A stretch of 64,000 nucleotides of DNA from Acidimicrobiales bacterium (lineage in GTDB: Bacteria > Actinomycetota > Acidimicrobiia > Acidimicrobiales > CAIXPF01). The position numbers and the translations under genes were made by a program. The notes below the pieces were generated by a model, which saw only the letters and a list, made by a program, of their open reading frames with translations, had not been told where the DNA came from and ran no database searches. The stretch covers positions 470,590 to 534,589 of the forward strand of contig JAWKIM010000006.1 of assembly GCA_041394365.1 (NCBI GenBank). Direction: 5' to 3'. Shown piece by piece: positions 61,598 through 64,000 of the stretch (positions are counted from its first letter, which is position 1; each line of letters starts with the position of its first letter).

Positions 61598-62320
61598 TCA
61601 GGCGGCGGTGTGGCGGGCGTGGTCGCGGGTGAGGTCCACGACGATGTCCTCGAGGCTGCGGGAACGGTCGCGCGCCAGCGTTCGGGCGAGCGGCTCGGCG
61701 GTGATCAGCCGGCCGTTGCCGACGACCACCAGGTCATCGGCGAACGTGGCCAGTTCGGCGATGAAGTGGCTCGAGACGAACACGGTGCCGCCCCGGGCGG
61801 CGAAGCCGGTGAGCATCGTGCGCAGCCAGCGGATGCCGTCGGGGTCGAGGCCGTTCGCCGGTTCGTCGAGCATGAGGATGTGCGGATCGCCGAGCAGCGC
61901 ACCGGCGATGGCCAGCCGCTGGCGCATCCCGAGCGAGAAGCCGCCCACCCGCCGGTTGGCGGCGTCGTCCAGGCCGACCGCGTGGAGCACCTCGTCGACT
62001 CGCCGCGCCGGCAGCGAGCCGAGCGAAGCCATGGCCCGCAGGTGGTTGCGGGCGGACCGGCCGGGGTGCATGGCGCGGGCGTCGAGCACCACCCCGATGG
62101 TCCGGGCCGGGTGGGCGAGCTCGGCGAAGGTGGCGCCGTCGAAGGTCACTGCGCCGGCGTCCGGCCGGGCCAGGCCCACCATCATCCGCATGGTCGTGGA
62201 CTTGCCGGCGCCGTTCGGGCCGACGAAGCCGGTGGCGCGCCCGGTGGCGAGCTCGAAGGAGAGGTCGTCGACCACCGTGCGGCGGCCGTAGGTCTTGCTG
62301 AGGTGGAAACCGTGATCATG
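61598..62320 (-). CDS. ABC transporter ATP-binding protein; one frameshift at about 62300 (missing C in a CCC run).
   Basis: Walker A GPNGAGKST, signature LSLGMRQRL and Walker B ILMLDEP. The N-terminal 15 aa (MITVSHLSKTYGRR…) is recovered in another frame. Confidence 0.8.
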   Translation of the reverse strand, partial: HDHGFHLSKTYGRRTVVDDLSFELATGRATGFVGPNGAGKSTTMRMMVGLARPDAGAVTFDGATFAELAHPARTIGVVLDARAMHPGRSARNHLRAMASLGSLPARRVDEVLHAVGLDDAANRRVGGFSLGMRQRLAIAGALLGDPHILMLDEPANGLDPDGIRWLRTMLTGFAARGGTVFVSSHFIAELATFADDLVVVGNGRLITAEPLARTLARDRSRSLEDIVVDLTRDHARHTAA

Positions 62321-62621
62321 ACGTGCTCCTGGGGTGGGCGCTCGGGGCGAGCGGGGTGGGCGGCGTGGGTCGGGTGAGCGGGGTGATGGCGATCAACTCG
62401 GCGTTGATCGATGCCAGGAACGCCACGAGGCCGTGTAGGTGGGCGGCGTCGCGGATCGTGCCGGTGAGGCGGGTGTCACCGGTGTCGTCCCAGCCGACGT
62501 TGAAGTCGTCGAGGAACGGACCGAGCAGGTGGCGGCCGAGCCGTCCCCGGATCACGAGCTCGTGGGTGTGTTCATCGGGCATGGCGGTACCGTCGCACCG
62601 CACCGGGTGAACGGGCTTCAC
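62316..62621 (-). CDS. Small hypothetical protein upstream of the ABC exporter.
   Basis: High GC3 ORF with an MPDEHTHELVIRGRLG… start at about 62582; no recognised domain. Confidence 0.35.
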   Translation of the reverse strand: MKPVHPVRCDGTAMPDEHTHELVIRGRLGRHLLGPFLDDFNVGWDDTGDTRLTGTIRDAAHLHGLVAFLASINAELIAITPLTRPTPPTPLAPSAHPRSTS

Positions 62622-62665
62622 CCCGCCGCCGGTTCACCCGGTGAACCGGCGGCGGTCACCGCTAG

Positions 62666-64000
62666 CGTGCGCCCGGTGGGCCCACAGCCGAACGGTGACC
62701 TGGCGGCCACCAAGCTGCGTCCGCCGCAGCCACCCGAGCGCTTCGTGGACCGCGCTCGCCTTGCCGCGGTGCTCGACGGCGCCACTGCGGCGTCGGTGCC
62801 GCTGGTGCTGGTCAGCGCGCCGGCCGGCTCGGGGAAGTCGACGCTGGTGGCCGCGTGGGCGGCAGCCAGCACCGTGCCGGTGGCGTGGTTGCAGTTGGAG
62901 GAGCTCGACGCCGACCCGGCGCGCTTCTGGGTGTCGATCCTCGCCGCCATCGGTCGGGTCGATGCAGCGTGCGCCGCTCGCCTGATCCCGCTGACGGCCG
63001 GCGGTGGTGCGGTGCTGGTGCCTGCCCTCGTCAACGAGGTGTCGAACCGCACGGAACGTCTTGTCGTGGTCCTGGACGACTACCACCTGGTGGACGACGC
63101 CGGTGTGCACCGCGACGTGGAGCGCCTCGTGGATCTGTCACCACCGCAGCTCTCATTGGTGGTGCTGACCCGGTCGGATCCACCGTTCCGGCTCGGACGC
63201 ATGCGCTTGCGGGACCGGGTGCGGGAGATCCGGGCGGACGACCTCCGCTTCGAGGGGCCGGAGGCGACGGCGCTGCTCGGCCCGGCCGCCGACGCGCTCG
63301 ACGGCGAGGCCCTCGGGGCGCTGTTCGCCCGCACCGAGGGATGGGCGGCGGGGCTGGTGCTCGCCGGGCTCTCGCTCGCCCGCGCCCCCGACGTGGTTCA
63401 CGCCACCCGGTTCGTCGAGACGTTCCGGGGCGACGATCAGCTCGTCGCCGGCTACCTCACCGACGAGCTGCTCGCCGTGCTGGAACCGACCGAGCGCCGC
63501 CGCATGGTCGAGGCGGCGGTGCTGCACCGCCTGTCGGGCCCGCTGTTGGACGCGGCCACCGGCTCCGACGACGGTGCCGCGTGGCTCGACGCGCTGGCGG
63601 CCCACAACCAGCTCGTCATCCGGCTCGACACCGTGGGCGAGTGGTACCGCTACCACCACCTCTTCCGAGATCTGCTGCTGCTCGAGGCGAAACGTTCGAT
63701 CCCGCAGCGGCTGCCCGAGCTGCACCGCAAGGCGGCGGACTGGTTCGAACGATCGGGCCATCCGGCCGCGGCGGTGGACCACCTCATCGAAGCCGGAGAG
63801 CGCGAGCGGGCCATGCTGCTCATGCGCATCGTCGGACCGGACCTGCTGGGCAGCGGCCGGCTGCGCACGCTGCGGAACATCCTCGACCGGCTCGCCGCCG
63901 GCGGAGCGCTCGATGGGATCGGCCTGATCCTGTCGGGTTGGTACCACTACCTCACCGGCCGGTACGACACCGCCCAGCACCTGCTCGATCGGGCGGTCGT
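62666..64000 (+). CDS. LAL-family (MalT-like, LuxR C-terminal) large ATP-binding regulator, N-terminal part. The 3' end lies outside the window.
   Basis: FVDRARL…LVSAPAGSGKSTL…WLQLEELDADPARFW…LVVVLDDYH… is the classic MalT/LAL N-terminal AAA-type domain. Confidence 0.75.

Overview
This is a high-GC (about 72%) actinobacterial-type chromosomal segment, partial at both ends, that mixes core metabolic genes with a large amount of accessory and decaying DNA. I read it by eye from the six-frame ORF track; coordinates are approximate (±1–3 nt) and no database searches were run.

Core genes found:
- MetY-like O-acetylhomoserine sulfhydrylase (3' end shattered by frameshifts) and a small CoA-binding protein.
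- Acyl-CoA dehydrogenase, alpha/beta hydrolase, PaaX-like regulator and a membrane fatty-acid desaturase.
- LarC and LarB homologues, with no LarA or LarE visible.
- MBL-fold hydrolase, SDR epimerase, quinone oxidoreductase, HAD phosphatase and an F420-type LLM oxidoreductase.
- A Kef-type antiporter with its KhtT-like regulator, a flotillin, and two tRNA-Ser genes.
- A roughly 1100-aa SARP/AfsR-like regulator followed by an MMPL transporter.
- Creatininase, an amidohydrolase and a VOC protein.
- A one-carbon trio: RibD-C/DHFR-like protein, SAM methyltransferase and an MTHFR-like protein.
- An LPXTG DUF11 surface protein, an ECF sigma/anti-sigma pair, an ABC-2 exporter and the start of a MalT-like LuxR regulator.

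Accessory and mobile content:
- A low-GC island at about 7.0–10.7 kb holding a multiply frameshifted membrane GGDEF-EAL gene and an AdoMetDC-like two-gene operon.
- A pseudogenised DNA methyltransferase.
- A decayed integrative-element remnant next to tRNA-Ser(TGA): VapBC and DUF433/DUF5615 remnants plus a truncated tyrosine integrase, bounded by GGGAGTAAC direct repeats.
- An AlbA_2-type regulator pseudogene and an inverted duplication of a LuxR HTH domain.
- A 4.3-kb island at the 3' end of tRNA-Arg, bounded by a 42-bp tRNA-derived direct repeat.
- Immediately beyond that island, an AEP/PrimPol–DEAH helicase fusion protein and a HelD-like helicase.

Repeats: a new-looking 160–170 bp palindromic, MITE-like repeat with CGATTCGACGTCGATTCG / CGAATCGACGTCGAATCG arms occurs three times. 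One copy interrupts the AlbA_2 gene and one separates the two helicases.

Frameshifts: many genes carry frameshifts, often at homopolymers, and they are concentrated in accessory DNA. Long genes such as ACAD, MMPL, PrimPol-helicase and the epimerase are intact. This pattern points to real pseudogenisation in places, but indel sequencing error cannot be excluded from sequence alone.
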